Source: Sporopachydermia quercuum
Lineage: Eukaryota
Assembly (NCBI GenBank): GCA_001599295.1
Contig: BCGN01000002.1
Span: 372,001 to 436,000 of the forward strand
Length of the DNA: 64,000 nt
Reading direction: 5' to 3'
The notes under the pieces: generated by a model
What the model was told of the DNA's origin: nothing
Databases searched by the model: none
What the model saw: the letters and a program-made list of their open reading frames with translations, nothing else
In this document: positions 1-12,939 of the stretch, in pieces
How the letters are laid out: the number at the start of each line of letters is the position of its first letter
Position numbering within the stretch: position 1 is the first letter of the stretch
Program-made: the position numbers and the translations under genes

Positions 1-430
1 TGAGAATGCATATATTTAGTAAAAAGTCTTTCTTATCTTGATCTTCTACTTTTTTAGCTTTGGCTTTCATTAATGGCATTTTGATGGTTCTGCTTAGTCT
101 CAATTCTTCAAGTAACTGTCGTGATTCAGATTCTATCGAACAATTGTTCCGATAAAGTGGCTTGATTCTGTTGCTGAAGAGGAAATAACCTTTTATCGAC
201 ACTTATAGTTTCTTGATGATCATCCAACTAAGTACCATGTTTTATCTCGTAATTTCCTTTTCCCCTTGCACTGAACAATCAAGGGTTTCCCTATAGAGGC
301 TAGTTAAATATATAAAAATTCTTGCTGATGATTCTTGGAGAAGTAATGAGAAAATCCTTAACCAATTCTTATTTGGATCATGAAATTCAGAACTAAAGCT
401 TATCAAGTTTGGACCATCAATATCTGTGTT
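1..430 (-). mobile_element. Degenerate Ty1/copia RT C-terminus/RNase H remnant
   Basis: Minus-strand translation across stops and frameshifts gives 'SARIFIYLT' (cf. AKRILRYLKGT), 'LVG*SSR...VISSSATES' (cf. WSSKKQ..VA.SSTEAE) and 'RQLLEELR' (cf. WLRQLLEELG), in the expected order. Highly decayed. Confidence 0.4.
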
Positions 431-1148
431 ATAAATTGTTTAGTAATTATAGTTTTCAGCATTTCAACCACATATGTCATAATCCCTATAATGTTTATTA
501 ATATTCGTTTATGTAAAAACGTGGAAGGTTAAAAATTAAGGAACAAAGTTTAAACAATGGGGTTACATTACAAAAAGAAAGAAAAGAAAAAAAGAGTTAT
601 TTTTATGTTAGTTTTAGGACGTCATCATAGAAACCAAATTCTTTTGAAGCTGAAACTGACTTTGCTCAGACGATTATTGATGCTGCCTGGGCTGTATGTA
701 TTATTGCTGCTTAAATTATTGCTCCAGTTAAGGGTTTAAACTCCATTTTAATAGTGGATGGATCTCTATTTCAATGATTTATTTTGTGGGGTTTCCTCAT
801 AATGCAAAGTTTCGGACGATTACGGACAACATTCACTGGGACACACATACCTGGACAGCTTATATGACAATAGCCCGAATAATAATATTTTGATCTCTTA
901 ATCCACGTAGTATTTTTCTATATATGATAAAATAGCTACATAGGTAAATAGANGTATATTGGATTTAGCCTGTTATTTATACTAAGGATTAATTTATTTA
1001 TGTTCGTCGTTCAGGAGCGAAAACAGAGAAACACTGGTCAGTTCAATCTTGTCCCTTCTCCGATGAGTATCCGACAATTCTATTACATTCTACAATTGAA
1101 GGCTCCAATATCTTTCTATTCTATTACCAAGGAAGACAGTAAGTATAC

Positions 1149-1910
1149 TTAAAGGCACAACGCTTGTAGAGGAATAGAGGAGCATTGTTGGCTTGCAATA
1201 TCAAGTATCCTCAATGTTGATTGATTTTTCTGCACCTCCATTTTGGAATGATAAAGTGAGTATAGGACAGTTAACTGATGAGGTGTGCCTTGGGAATTGA
1301 GAAATATATTCAAATTGTTTGTCTTAGAATATAATATATTGCAGTTGAACGGACGGATCTTATTCATTTTTGAAAACACAAATGCTACAAAGTTTTCAAA
1401 AGTATGATTTATCGAAGTCTTACAATTTTTTCTTTCTTTTTTATTCTTTACCTTTAAGAGAGTAGAGAGAGGATTGTCCCGAAGCATAATGGCTCAGTAC
1501 TATACACTTTGTTGATAGGCTGAATCACTGAGTATTATTTACACAGCGTCTTGTGTTGTATTTTGTCTCAAGTCCATAGACCTTCTTTTATTCTTCATGT
1601 AATCATTGTTTCAGTCATTAAGATCGGTAAAGCAAACATATTCAATATCAAAGTAAACACTGAAGCTCTACTTGGTAATTTTTAACGAGAAATTAGATTT
1701 CTTATGGCATTTAGTAAATTATAGATATCGTCTGAGAGATTAGTACCAAGCTCGATTCTTTTATTTTGTCAGGGATGACTGAGAAGTACGATACCACCAA
1801 TACCTCTCGAAATTTGTATGTCGGTAGGAATCTCGTCACTTAATAGCTCTAAATTGTTGGTGGGATAAGTGGTTGGCCAGGATCAACCAAAAAAGTGTTA
1901 ATTGGGTTGT
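1149..1910 (-). mobile_element. Degenerate Ty1/copia pol remnant (aspartic protease + integrase core)
   Basis: Protease-like 'FLVDPG..TYPTNNLELL...ISRGIGG...DDIYNLLNAIRNLIS..KL' (~1670-1895) precedes rve-like 'FENFVAFV...KI...LNIFLNSQGTPHQLTV.Y' and, after a frameshift, 'FQNGGAEK' (~1225-1248; cf. QNGVAER). PR then INT is the copia order. Confidence 0.7.
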
Positions 1911-1980
1911 AGTCTTCAGCTTGAAATATATTGATCCTTGATTGCAATGTTGAAATTTTTGTTCAACTACGCAGAATGAG

Positions 1981-2137
<157 letters not shown>

Positions 2138-3422
2138 ATCATTCTCGATATGGGAAACCAGCCATAAATATCCCATAAATAGTCGGTGGTAGATGCCAAA
2201 CACAGAAATCGACACTATATTAAAAATTAAACTACAAAAGAAATTATATGGGAGGTGTTCGACAAGCTGGAAAGCTGTGGTTCGATCCTTCACATCATTT
2301 TCACGAATGGCAGGAGTGCCGTGCTACTAGCAATCGATAATTATACAGACGGCATCGGGGGATATATATATATATATATAGTTATTGAAGAAGCTCAGAT
2401 TATGATGTTTACTGATCAGATTGTTGTAAGTATGGAATTAGATGTCAAAGTTTCGATCAGATTGTGTATCCAGATTGTAATTGATATTATATAGAGACAA
2501 GTGTATTGCTGATCCCTCAAACGTGGGCAGGCAGTACTTAATAAAAGAAGGATTATCTCCTTTTGGAAGGCAATCCTTTATCATTATTTTTGTCTAACTA
2601 CTTGTTTTGTTACTCGACATCATATTTGTTTTTACGAAAATCCAAGCTCGAAGCACAGTATTATTTTTATTCTTAACATGAAAATGTATTGCTTTGAGGA
2701 GGTATGTGGATACCGTGCGCCCCTTGACTTCGCTTCTACAGATACTGCTTATGAGAAATTCTATAAGATTNGGAAGTTCATTGGTGAAACTAGAGCTCAA
2801 TTCCGTGTCCACTAAGACCACGAGAATTTGAAATTCTAGGGGTAAAACGTCAGCAGTGTGTTTTGGAGGTGTCTGAACACCCTGTTTCAGAATATATAAT
2901 CAAAATGGGAAGTACTGAATTTGAAGTTGATGCATCTATTAAGAGAAAAGAGCATTGATAATAGTGTTACCATATTAGTATTCTTTTCCCCAGTCACTTC
3001 TCGATTTATTTCTCTTAGAATACTCTTCATATATTATACAATAATTGAGTATTATAATTTTCTCTGTTCCTATTTTCTTATACATAGAGCTTATTGTATT
3101 CCTGTCATATAGATATTAAGATTACCTGCTCCATTGATGATACCGATAACACATACCAATGATATGTCATGTCATTCGCATGTCTAGATATCATTCTGAT
3201 TGTCACCTCCAGCATTCATGTATTCTAAGCTGGTTGGTACACATTTCTCTCATGCTCTTATTGGTATGTTACTGCTAGCTGTGGGGTTTTGAAGAGTTTA
3301 TAAATATCATGCAACAGATCAATATCATAATCTAAGTTCACCATGAGAATACTATATTATACTATACTGACAGTCTAATTTTTCTAGTATTGACTGAGAA
3401 AAGAGAGAAGTTCAAATACGTG

Positions 3423-3654
3423 TGTTGCTAACATTTTCGTGCAACTTGCCAGAACTTACTGGAACATACTAGAACTTCCCGACCTTTCCAGGATAGTCTT
3501 TAACAACATATGATATGATATACAAGAAGAGTACCTCAGATTATTGCGGATTCTCTGGATATTCCAGTTTATTCTAAGAACCGGGGATTTGTGCTCCTAG
3601 ACTTAGGTTTCCCGATAGATCAAAAGAAAAGAAGGTACATGAATAAGGCCAACA
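3423..3654 (+). mobile_element. LTR-like sequence (TGTTG...CAACA, ~232 bp)
   Basis: Begins TGTTG (3423) and ends CAACA (3654), the canonical Ty LTR termini. A diverged inverted copy lies at ~6890-7110. TACGTG occurs immediately to the left and 3 bp to the right. Confidence 0.65.
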
Positions 3655-3799
3655 CCCTACGTGAACACACACACATTTCCGTCGAGCCAGCTGTAGTATC
3701 TCATGGAGCTAACCTTTAGTACTGTTTTCACGGTATCTTTAATCTGAGTAACAGTACCAATTTTGGCTAACAGTATCCTCTAAACTATTCTTGACTTTT

Positions 3800-4430
3800 C
3801 TCTAACCCACCGCACTTCTTTCTGCCGTGGAATGTGTAGCTCTATGTCAAGTCAATTGGAGACTGCTATTGGCTGTAAGTTACCGTTTGCTGGGTCAGGA
3901 TGACTCTGTGTTGAAGGTAGTAGTGTATGGACTCATGCCAAGTTTTCATCCGTACTCTGCAACGACTGCACTGCAGTTGGTACATACAGATTGGACACCT
4001 TTTCTCATTCATGCGAGACTGGGTAAGAAACTCATTTCAGCCCAGGGAGTTGGTAGTTAAAGATGTCCCGCTCGGATAATGGTAGGAGTATTTTACAATA
4101 GTATACTTGGTCAGTTCCTCTGTGAGCGTAGTAGTAATATTATTAATTTACCGTTCTCATTTGCCCATTAGAAAATGTGTCTAAGCAGTTCGATCGAATC
4201 ATTTAGGAGAACAATCAAACTTTGTAGGCCAGCTCTAGACTTCATGGGTGGTGACCTTGTCCTGGAGCGAGTACATGCAACTCTTTTCCTTCGTATAGAT
4301 TATTTCAATATTCCTTTGGACAGTGGTACGTGATATCGTCCGAACTATGATATGCTTTAACTCTATGAATATAAGTGGGTATACTTGTTCCCTGCAAAAA
4401 AACCTTGTTCCAACAATGGCTATTGCTGGT
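3800..4430 (+). mobile_element. Degenerate Ty1/copia integrase remnant
   Basis: 'ATTALQLVHTD' (~3960-3991; cf. PLELVHTD), 'RSDNG.(E)Y' (~4069-4090), 'LGQFL', and later 'PFGQWY..RPNYDML...ILVP' (cf. PYE.W.G..P....L..FG), with several frameshifts and stops. Confidence 0.7.
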
Positions 4431-4805
4431 ACTGCAGTACGGTATTAATTATATATAAGAACACATATCATATAATGTTATAATAATGGGTCAAACAAAT
4501 TAAATAATAAATCCAATGAAATTGAGAATACAATATTTCTAACAATTAGATGATAAAGGGAACTTGGAATATAATCAATGAATGTTGGCCTATCCCTCAA
4601 GAGACGTGACCACCATTGGTAAAACAAATTATTTGTTAAATAATTCGATACAGTCCTCACCATAAAGCCTGTTGTATTAATTAATGTTCAGGATCTCAGT
4701 CAGTTGCTTATTTCTAATGCTATGCCATCTTATGAAAATTCCTTCCCGGATTCCACTTCTTTTGAGATCCTACTTCTTTTTCAATGTTATCTCGTGTTAT
4801 GCATA

Positions 4806-4865
4806 ACCACTTGTCGGAATACCACTAGTCGGAATACCACTAGTCGGAATACCACTAGTCGGAAT
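4806..4865. repeat. 15-bp tandem repeat x4 (ACCACTAGTCGGAAT)
   Basis: Four consecutive units; the first has one substitution. Confidence 0.95.
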
Positions 4866-5299
4866 GGGTCTTCTCAACTTCTGAAGCTATTGATGTGGAT
4901 CCTTTTACAGAGGTCTTCCCGCCTAGTTTTGAGTCCTTTGTCTTTCCTGTTTATACATTGCCGTCGTTTATTTCCTCTTCGAAAGATGAGCCTAAATCAC
5001 CATCCGGTGGGTGAGGTTAATAAGAATTGGGGATGTCTAAGTCTAGTAATTGTAGAAATAATTCAGAAAACACAGGAAATTTCTGAAATTTCACCGAAAT
5101 AAACACAGAATGTGGTACTACAATTCAAAATCTAACATTTGGCTGGGCAGTAGACCGAGATCTAATATATGGATATATTAAAGAGGACTATGTCCTTACC
5201 CTTACTTTTAAGGTACAATTTTGGAACACTTGGAAAGCCGAATTTTGGGTTTCGTTATATCATTCTGGCATATCATATTGTCCGGCAAGTTCAAACCAT

Positions 5300-6330
5300 C
5301 AAGGCATTGTTTGATCTTCACTTTCGAGTATTTGATACCTCATTCTACATATCTTTTGAATCAGAAGGAGACCTGCTGAGGAAAGTTGCAGGCTAGGAAT
5401 TGTTGGGCATAAAAGTGTTAGAAAAGTAAGAATATTCTTACAATTTCCCTGTGCCGCATTTATAAGAGGTAGATGTAGTACCAAACTGTTTGTCCATCTT
5501 GTAGTTGTTAAATAAACAAAGTCAATACTGGTAGACATATGGGACACCAGTGCTAAGGTGGTACTGCAAGCTGGGCTCATTCAAGTCAGGAGTTGTTTAA
5601 ACACTTCTGTAGATTGATAGAAANACCGTTAGAAGACAGTAAAACTCTCTTCCGAGAAATATTCCAGCTTTAGACATGTTTTTCATAAAGAAAGATTGAC
5701 AAAATCTTTGGGTCTTAAATAACAGCTCTATTTTTATCAATGATCAGTAGATCAATCAATCTCATCTATATAAAACCTAGATTGCAAACTCAGAGGTACT
5801 TCTGGATAAAGCAGAACCAAGTATTGCATTATGTATTTTCCATTATAAACAAAATCTTTTAAACCATAAAGAAATTTCTTCGAATAAAGTGCAGCTCGGG
5901 TTTGGCAACAATCCTCAATACCGGCTGAGTACTTCATATTTATGCTCTTCTTTAGGCCACTATTGAAGAAGACCGGTGGTGGTATCCATCTATTTGATCC
6001 CAAAAATGAACTGGGCGGTCATTGAAACGAAGATCGCTTCATCCAATCGATCCAAACAGGTTGAACGAAGGACCAAAAATCCTAAATCGTAAGGACATGA
6101 CGGCGGTCGATATTCTTTCGGAGGAGGCGAAGAATGGGAGGGGAGGGTGTGTGTGGGGGGGGGGCAGCTTAGGACCAAGGTCCGTTGAATAGGTGTCAAA
6201 ATCTCTCTCTATAGCTTTTTTCGTTTCTTCTAATCCTGCGATACGAATTGCTTGATGGTATGGTATCATCAGGAACGAAAGAACCGGTTTCACATTCTGT
6301 AGAGGTATGCAGTTTTGAAGCAATGTACAT
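5300..6330 (-). mobile_element. Degenerate Ty1/copia reverse transcriptase remnant
   Basis: 'IPYHQAI...EETKKAIERD' (RT N-terminus), 'LYSKKFLYGLK' (~5858-5890; cf. L.KSLYGLKQ), 'FYIDE' (~5761-5776; cf. YVDD) and 'FVYLTTTR' (cf. L.YL..TRPD), in the correct order on the minus strand. Confidence 0.65.
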
Positions 6331-6889
6331 GAGAAAGCTATATAGATTACTTAAAGGTGAATTACATACTTTTTCGCAGACACATTCGAAAGCGTNCGTA
6401 CAAGACTTCGCTTCAAGACAATTATATAATAAGTGGAATCAACTGAACCACACAATCATCAGATTCCACTGGTTCCTTCCGTCAGAAGAGAAGGGAGGTG
6501 ATGCCGACATGGATGCAAAAAATTGAGGAGACCTAGACTTCGTTTCGTATTTTGAAGTCAGTGGAATCAATTCTTTCGGCCCTCCCCATATCTTTTTTTA
6601 AGTTATGAGATGAGTAATTCTTAAAAATTGAAAGCATCTCTTTAGATCTGCGATTTTTAGATCCATCATAGAAAAGTAATAACAAATTATATTACGATCT
6701 ATTGCTCAAATGTTCGCTGTTGATGATTAGGAGTAAGAGGAAATAATTTATTATTGTATATATGGGTAGTCAGTCAGTTATAAGTACCTACCAGTGCATG
6801 TGAAGATCATACAAATTAACTCTTCACTATATAGAATATTTATAGAACATATATAAATATATATATAGAAAAAGACTTGAGAGGAGGCT

Positions 6890-7110
6890 TGTTCTCATTC
6901 AAGTACTTTCTTTTTCTTTTGATCCTGTGGGGAAAACCTAAGTTTCGGATCACAAACTGATAGTGTGGTACTTAGAATAAACTGGAATACCCAGAGAAGC
7001 CGCAAAAATCTAAGGTATTCTTCTTGTGTATCATATGCTGTTATAGACCATCCTAGAAGAGGCGAGAAAGCTCTAATATATTCCAGAGAGCGCAAGTATC
7101 TTGCATGAAA
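6890..7110 (-). mobile_element. Second LTR-like copy, inverted relative to 3423-3654
   Basis: The reverse complement aligns by eye with 3436-3650, sharing blocks such as CAAGAAGA.TACCT.AGATT.TTGCGG.TTCTCTGG.TATTCCAGTTTATTCTAAG and ACTTAGGTTT...GATCAAAAGAAAA. It may extend to ~7185. Confidence 0.65.
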
Positions 7111-8033
7111 CTTTCTAGTATCCTTAAGAAACTTCCAAAACCGTAAATAAAGTGTTCTCAAGAGCTGGAAAATAATCCAGAGCAATGTGGTGGATTTTTG
7201 GACTATATTCCTCTATACTTCCACAATAATTTCTTCAAATATTGTCAATCGGTTTACTACTGCAAGACCACCTTTAAGAGCCAAGGGTGAACAATAAATA
7301 ATAGATCAATGGTTCAGTTTCTATCAATTCTACTACTGTTGTTATACGTAATTGAGTGATGTGCGTTACTGTATATGGTTTGTCACAGCAATTGAACTAT
7401 ATTGTCCGAATAGTTTTAGTCGGAACCTTTATAAAGGACCAATACTAGGAGGTTGGTTGTGCAAGTTAAGCATTCATTAAAGGATTTTGATTTCACTATT
7501 ATGAAAGATTTTCCAAACGGAATGTCAAGATCGTCAATATCGTTTAATCAAAAATGCGATTCTATCTTCCATTTTTGTTACAGATTGATTGATTATTATC
7601 AAACCTATCGGCTATTAGAATTGCATTTTATCGATCTTACTATCTTGGATTAAGCATGGAGAATGTAACTTCTTATATGGCTAAATGAGACTATTATACT
7701 CTGAATAATATATGAATCCTTTCTCTACCTAAATTAGGAATTACTAGTAAATGAATTATATGATATATAATATAATTATAGGAATTCTATAATTTCTAAT
7801 ATTAAAATAGAATTGAAACCAAGTTTACTCTACTTTAATATTAATTGTATATTATATTTATTTGAATTTATAAACTAAAAGGATCAGGAGTAAATGAATC
7901 AATTTTGTTTGATATTTTTCTTGTTTGCTATTTGATTATTTTCCGTTTGACACTTGAATTATTATCTGCTATTCGTGCGCTATAAATAAACGCAAAGAAT
8001 AAAAAGTAGGCCTATAAAGAAATGAATTAAAAC

Positions 8034-8470
8034 ATGTCGAAAGTGACGGTTCAGACACCGTTGTTCACAAGCGCTTCAGTGGTCCTGGCAACTTTACCGA
8101 GGTTGAGGAATCCGTTTATTTCACTCGGAACCTGAAGAAACATTTTATTGTAAGGGTTATAGATTATCGACCGGTGGAGCTCCTAACTGCACTGATCCCT
8201 TTATCAGATTTGAAGGCTGCAAAAGAGATGTTTCATATTTTAGAGAGCTTGGACTCAATATCATCAGAGCATAATCAATCAGTTGATAATAACGCAAGGA
8301 ATACCTCAGAATGTATGCAATTCCTTCAAGAGGCAGGATATATCTCATACACGATGTAAATCTACCTGAAACTTTCATTGGTCGATATGAGCCAGCTTTT
8401 TCGCTGCTTACTTCAACATATTTCGCAATAATTGATGTAGATATTTGCTAATTGTGCAAATTTGCTTTTT
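8034..8470 (+). pseudogene. GH72 beta-1,3-glucanosyltransferase (GAS5-like) pseudogene, 5' fragment
   Basis: Frames joined across indels give a signal-like N-terminus, then 'ETFYCKG/IDYRP/GGAPNCTDP/LSD../CKRDVSYFRELGLNIIR/SVDNN...SECMQFLQEAG/IYLIHDVNLPETFIGRYEPA...LQHI.AIIDV'. This is colinear with Gas5 (FYIRGVDYQPGG..TDPLAD...RDV...LGINTVR..VDN...CM..LQE.GIYLILDVN.P..ISRYDPA...YLQNVFATID). Confidence 0.85.
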
Positions 8471-9532
8471 CGCTACCACTGCCGCCCTTCCTAGCTTTTG
8501 TCTGTACGGTTTACTCTGAGCCTTCCTTCTATGAGTATCTGGAGAATTTTTAAACAGCTTTTCATGGCATCCAATGCCATGTACATTTATTCTCAATCCA
8601 CAGGATTCAAGGCAAGAAGTAAAAACTGACGGAACACTCCTTCCTGATGTTTCATATCTACTATGAAATTTGTCATCGGCGATGTATTGGGTTCATTTTC
8701 ATTCATAGCTATCTAGAGTTCACCAGATGCTACACGAAATAGTTTATCGAGACCAATTTCTCGGATATTTAAAGATTTACCAGGGTTGATTCTTCTCTCT
8801 AAATGACTCAATGTGTTAAATAATGAAAGTTAGTATAATCTGGACAAAGTCACAATCTAGATTTCACTGGTAGAGCAGAGCAGCTCCTGGACTCAATGAC
8901 CCCAGTTCACAAGAGTTTGTTACTAGTGATCCCCATTGTCACCTTTCTGCACAACTAGGTGTTCTTACAAGGTGTGATATCTACGAGACAAATAACAGAT
9001 GATTCATGGATCACCAAATTGATGCATGATTTGACAAGTGTTGGATCAAATAACAGCATGGCATTTATATTAGAACAGAGTGCTGGTTCAATTAATTCAA
9101 ATAAAAATTTGAATGAACTGATTCGGTGCGCTTTCAAATTCACGATTATGTCAAGAAACGCTAAGATATTCTACTTGTTCCTCATATAGTTGGTTCTACG
9201 AAATCGACTGCCTTACTGACAGTTATACCCGCTTTCGGTATTCACCTGTGAATAATGAGGAAGAACTGGACCTATTGATAGATAAGTTACCTCCACCAAT
9301 GACATTTTGAATCAGAAGTTTTCTTTAAAAAGCTATTGCATTCTTGTGCAATAGGGCCAGTGAATAGATACCATACATACGCTACACTTAACTCAGCTTG
9401 TTTTTTGATTGAAAGTTGAACTAGAACCTCTCTCCTCGAGATGTTATACTTTTTCCGTGGACTATTACTATTACTATTATTTTTACGTACCTGAGCTCCG
9501 TATCCCTTTAAAAAATGCGTAGCCCTAAAAAC

Positions 9533-9557
9533 AAAAAAAAAAAAAAAAAAAAAAAAA
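9533..9557. repeat. Poly(A)25 tract in a purine-rich run
   Basis: Directly visible. Confidence 0.9.
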
Positions 9558-10864
9558 GAAAAAAGAAAATTAGATAGAAAAATAGAAATAGAAAAAATAA
9601 ACAGAAAGAGTAATGGGATTAAAAATAAAGAAAAAGTAAATCATAGTGAAAGAACTTCATTTCATTATCAATCGATTCTTTACCTATTTATTTAGTCTCA
9701 TTATAACTAATCAATTGTTATTCCAGTATGATGGATGCATCGGCAGTACATTAATTTGTGGATATCCATCGGTGCACTGAAAAAAATGCATTCGTATCTA
9801 GAAACCAACCTTTATTGAAGGAAAAGAATTCTGGTGCAGGTAGAGAAGAGAGTATTGGGACAAGGAATAGTAAATGTAAGTTGAAATTTCAAAGAAAGAA
9901 TAGGATAATACAGAGGTAAACAGGTAGTCCGCGCCCAATGCTGTTGTCATGCCTGCTCGCTATTAGGTTTAGGCATTGCTAGTGTATTTGTTAATCCTTC
10001 ACAACCATCATTCGGAAAGACGCACTTGGTCATATGACGCAAATAAATGATGAGCTTTACAACATAACATACAAATACCTTTTTTCAGGTAGCAATTGTA
10101 GGTTCAATCCTGATTTCAACAATGACGTTTTATATAGAAAATTGATATATTCCTTTCTAAACATTCATCAAGCTTGATATATAATATAATGATACTCAGT
10201 ATTTTATGATAATTAATCACATATTTTCCGAAATGGGATTAATTATCTTTTCCGATATTAGTACGATTGTAAATAACGGAACCAACATATAGTATCCGAT
10301 ATTCAACACTCTCACCAGATATAACTTCCGTAATCTCGACGGTTTTCATCAGTGGAAAAACTGCTCAAATCGTCTACCTCCTTGATTGAGATAGTAATAG
10401 AAATATTATAATTGCAACTGATCCATTGCAACTGATAAAAGGACTTACTAAGAGACCCTTTGTTTAACCACAAGAATTACCTGAGGTACAACAGCATTTG
10501 TTGTAAGAATAACAATTCGTGCTAAGCGATCGGCATTGGTTCAACTGGGATTAAATAAACGCAAAAGCTTGGAGAGCTTAGGTTTAGTTAGGGATACTTC
10601 GGCGAGAAAAATAAAAAAATATTTCATTATGTATCTCCTAAAAATATCGATTCTTCTTTATAAAAAGTTTATGTCCTGGATATCTAACACGGTTACTAGT
10701 AATCTACTTAAATATAGATAATTTTTTTAATTCGTCAATAAAGAATAAATCATACCTAAGGTATGATACATGAAGGAAGTATATGTACTGTTCATTTCGA
10801 TCTTTTTCCGAAATTGAATAACAAAACTGTCTCATACAATACGAATGGCAACTACTTTTAACAT

Positions 10865-11887
10865 TCAAATCTCTTGAAGGGCAATCGTTTGTGCCACTGA
10901 ACGAGAAGTATCAAGGTCCACACCATAGTTGTTGCCATCATCACTAACACGGTTGAAAGCATCGCCTTCTGCTGTTGGAGCCACATTTGCACCTGACATG
11001 GACTCGATAGCACCAGCTGATGGCATGAATATGACCTTGGAATTGGAAGACTTTGCCATTTGCTGCATAGCTTCTAAGTATCTGATTTGCATAGCAGGCT
11101 TTGAAGCAAGAATATCGGCAGCCTTTCTCATTAATTTGGCACTTTCAACTTCTGCTTTGGCACTGATGATTTTGGATTCACCAATTCTCTTTGACTGAGC
11201 TGCCATGGATAATGATTCTTGCAGTTCTCGAGAGAGTTTCAAGTCTTTGATCAGAATTGACTCAACTTTGATACCCCAAGAATTAGCAGTTTCGTCAATA
11301 ATCTCTTGAATTGCCTTTGCCACTTCTTCTCTACGCTCGATTGCGTCCTGCAAATTCTTTGATCCAACGACTTGTCTTAAAGTTGTTTGGGTTCTTTCAA
11401 CCAGCGCTGATGTCACGTCAGTAACTCCGAATTGTGCTTTGTGAGGAGATGTTATATGATAATAAACCACAGAAGTCAATTCAACGTTCACGTTATCCTT
11501 TGTCATACAGCTTTGGCTGGGAACTTCAATTATTTGAATTTTAACATCCACAGTATTCAATTTCTCAGTCAAAACATTAACGTTCACTAACCCAGGATCA
11601 ACAGCCTTGTAAAACTTTCCAAACCTCGTCACAAGGCCAACAGTACCTTGTCTAACAGATTTATAAGGGTTCGGAAAACAAACACAACAGGGGACAGATC
11701 CTAAGGTACCGAGAAGACTCCCGAGACCATGCATAAAATTACCATAAATGCCACCATCTGGAGTTTCCATTGTATAATTATAAGAGGCCTGCATATCTTC
11801 CTTTCTTATTGGTTCCACAATGACCGGAATGTCGGGAACGGTTGCATTGTTTCGAGCTTTAACTTGGTCAATATCCTCGTTTAACAT
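10865..11887 (-). CDS. Stomatin-like SPFH/band-7 protein (similar to Candida Slp3)
   Basis: 340-aa ORF with a Cys-rich 'PCCVCFPNPY' segment, SPFH core 'TKDNVNV', 'WGIKVESILIKD' and 'AMQIRYLEAM'. Confidence 0.93.
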   Translation of the reverse strand: MLNEDIDQVKARNNATVPDIPVIVEPIRKEDMQASYNYTMETPDGGIYGNFMHGLGSLLGTLGSVPCCVCFPNPYKSVRQGTVGLVTRFGKFYKAVDPGLVNVNVLTEKLNTVDVKIQIIEVPSQSCMTKDNVNVELTSVVYYHITSPHKAQFGVTDVTSALVERTQTTLRQVVGSKNLQDAIERREEVAKAIQEIIDETANSWGIKVESILIKDLKLSRELQESLSMAAQSKRIGESKIISAKAEVESAKLMRKAADILASKPAMQIRYLEAMQQMAKSSNSKVIFMPSAGAIESMSGANVAPTAEGDAFNRVSDDGNNYGVDLDTSRSVAQTIALQEI

Positions 11888-12317
11888 AGCTGCTGTTTTA
11901 TAGAAAGGGCTCTTTGGTTTTCCAGTGAGAATGCTTGTTGGAGAATTACTGACGGGTATCTAATATCAAGTGAATTTTGTGAATTTTTGAATTCAAAATA
12001 CTTTCCGCTTGTCCAAAGGCAATTGTTTGATTAATGAGAGGAGAACTTTTCATATATATATATATGCAATACAAGGCATATAAGCAAAAACAAAATCAAA
12101 TCAGAAAAACAAACTACTGAGGAGATATTGCTAATCAAGAAAAACAGTTAATCAAGATAAAATGTAATTGTTTACCTTAGGAAAACAGTAAATTGACGGG
12201 CTCTAATAAATTATTAAGTTTTCAGGTTCAAAATAGCTAAAATTGCACGGCTACCACGCTAATTGTGTTAAGGTTTCTAAACGTCGGTCTAAGTAAGAAA
12301 GAGTAATGACAGTATAA

Positions 12318-12367
12318 AATGTCAACAAGTGAATGTCAACAAGTGAATGTCAACAAGTGAATGTCAA
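12318..12367. repeat. 14-bp tandem repeat x3.6 (AATGTCAACAAGTG)
   Basis: Directly visible, in the region upstream of the stomatin gene. Confidence 0.9.
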
Positions 12368-12939
12368 TCAAACATGTTTTATTACAGCCTACATAACACA
12401 TCAATCAATTGATATAGTTCACATTTTATTATTGTTATCTTGTGGGTTTATGATCATTTATTGAACTCGCTCCTAACAATAGAAATCAACAAGCAAATCT
12501 TTCTTATCTTACAGGGTTAAAGTTTGGAGGCGATGGTTGTGTTAAATCTCTAAGTAGAGTAAAATGACGTGTGCATAAGATTACACTTCAAACTTTACGT
12601 CAAATGTGTCCAATATCAGGATATGGAGAGTTTGTTATGATGATTTCCTCTTTGTCCTAGGCATGAGTTTCAACGGTGCTGTCCTTAATTAATCACGATT
12701 GTGTCGATGATTGGACTAAGTTTTATTTCATTGTAGCAATGCCTACAATAGGCTCTCCATACTCACTATTTAACCTCAATTGAGATGACCTTCTAATAAT
12801 TACTGGAATCCAATAAAATTTGATAAAGATCATTCATAATGTTTGAATTTCAGCTTTGTAGAGTAGTCTAAACGGTTTCTTGAACAAAAGTAGCAATATA
12901 TCTATCCACTGGTAACTAACGCTTAACGTATCGATGAAT

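Noticed and set aside
2690..2850. 'FRVH*DHENLKF', resembling the Ty3/gypsy RNase H motif TDH.NL
   Set aside because: A single short motif with no supporting flanking motifs.
4806..4865. 15-bp repeats (also the 14-bp repeats at 12318 and ~52265) as a CRISPR-like array
   Set aside because: Head-to-tail duplications with no spacers and no cas genes, in a eukaryotic context.
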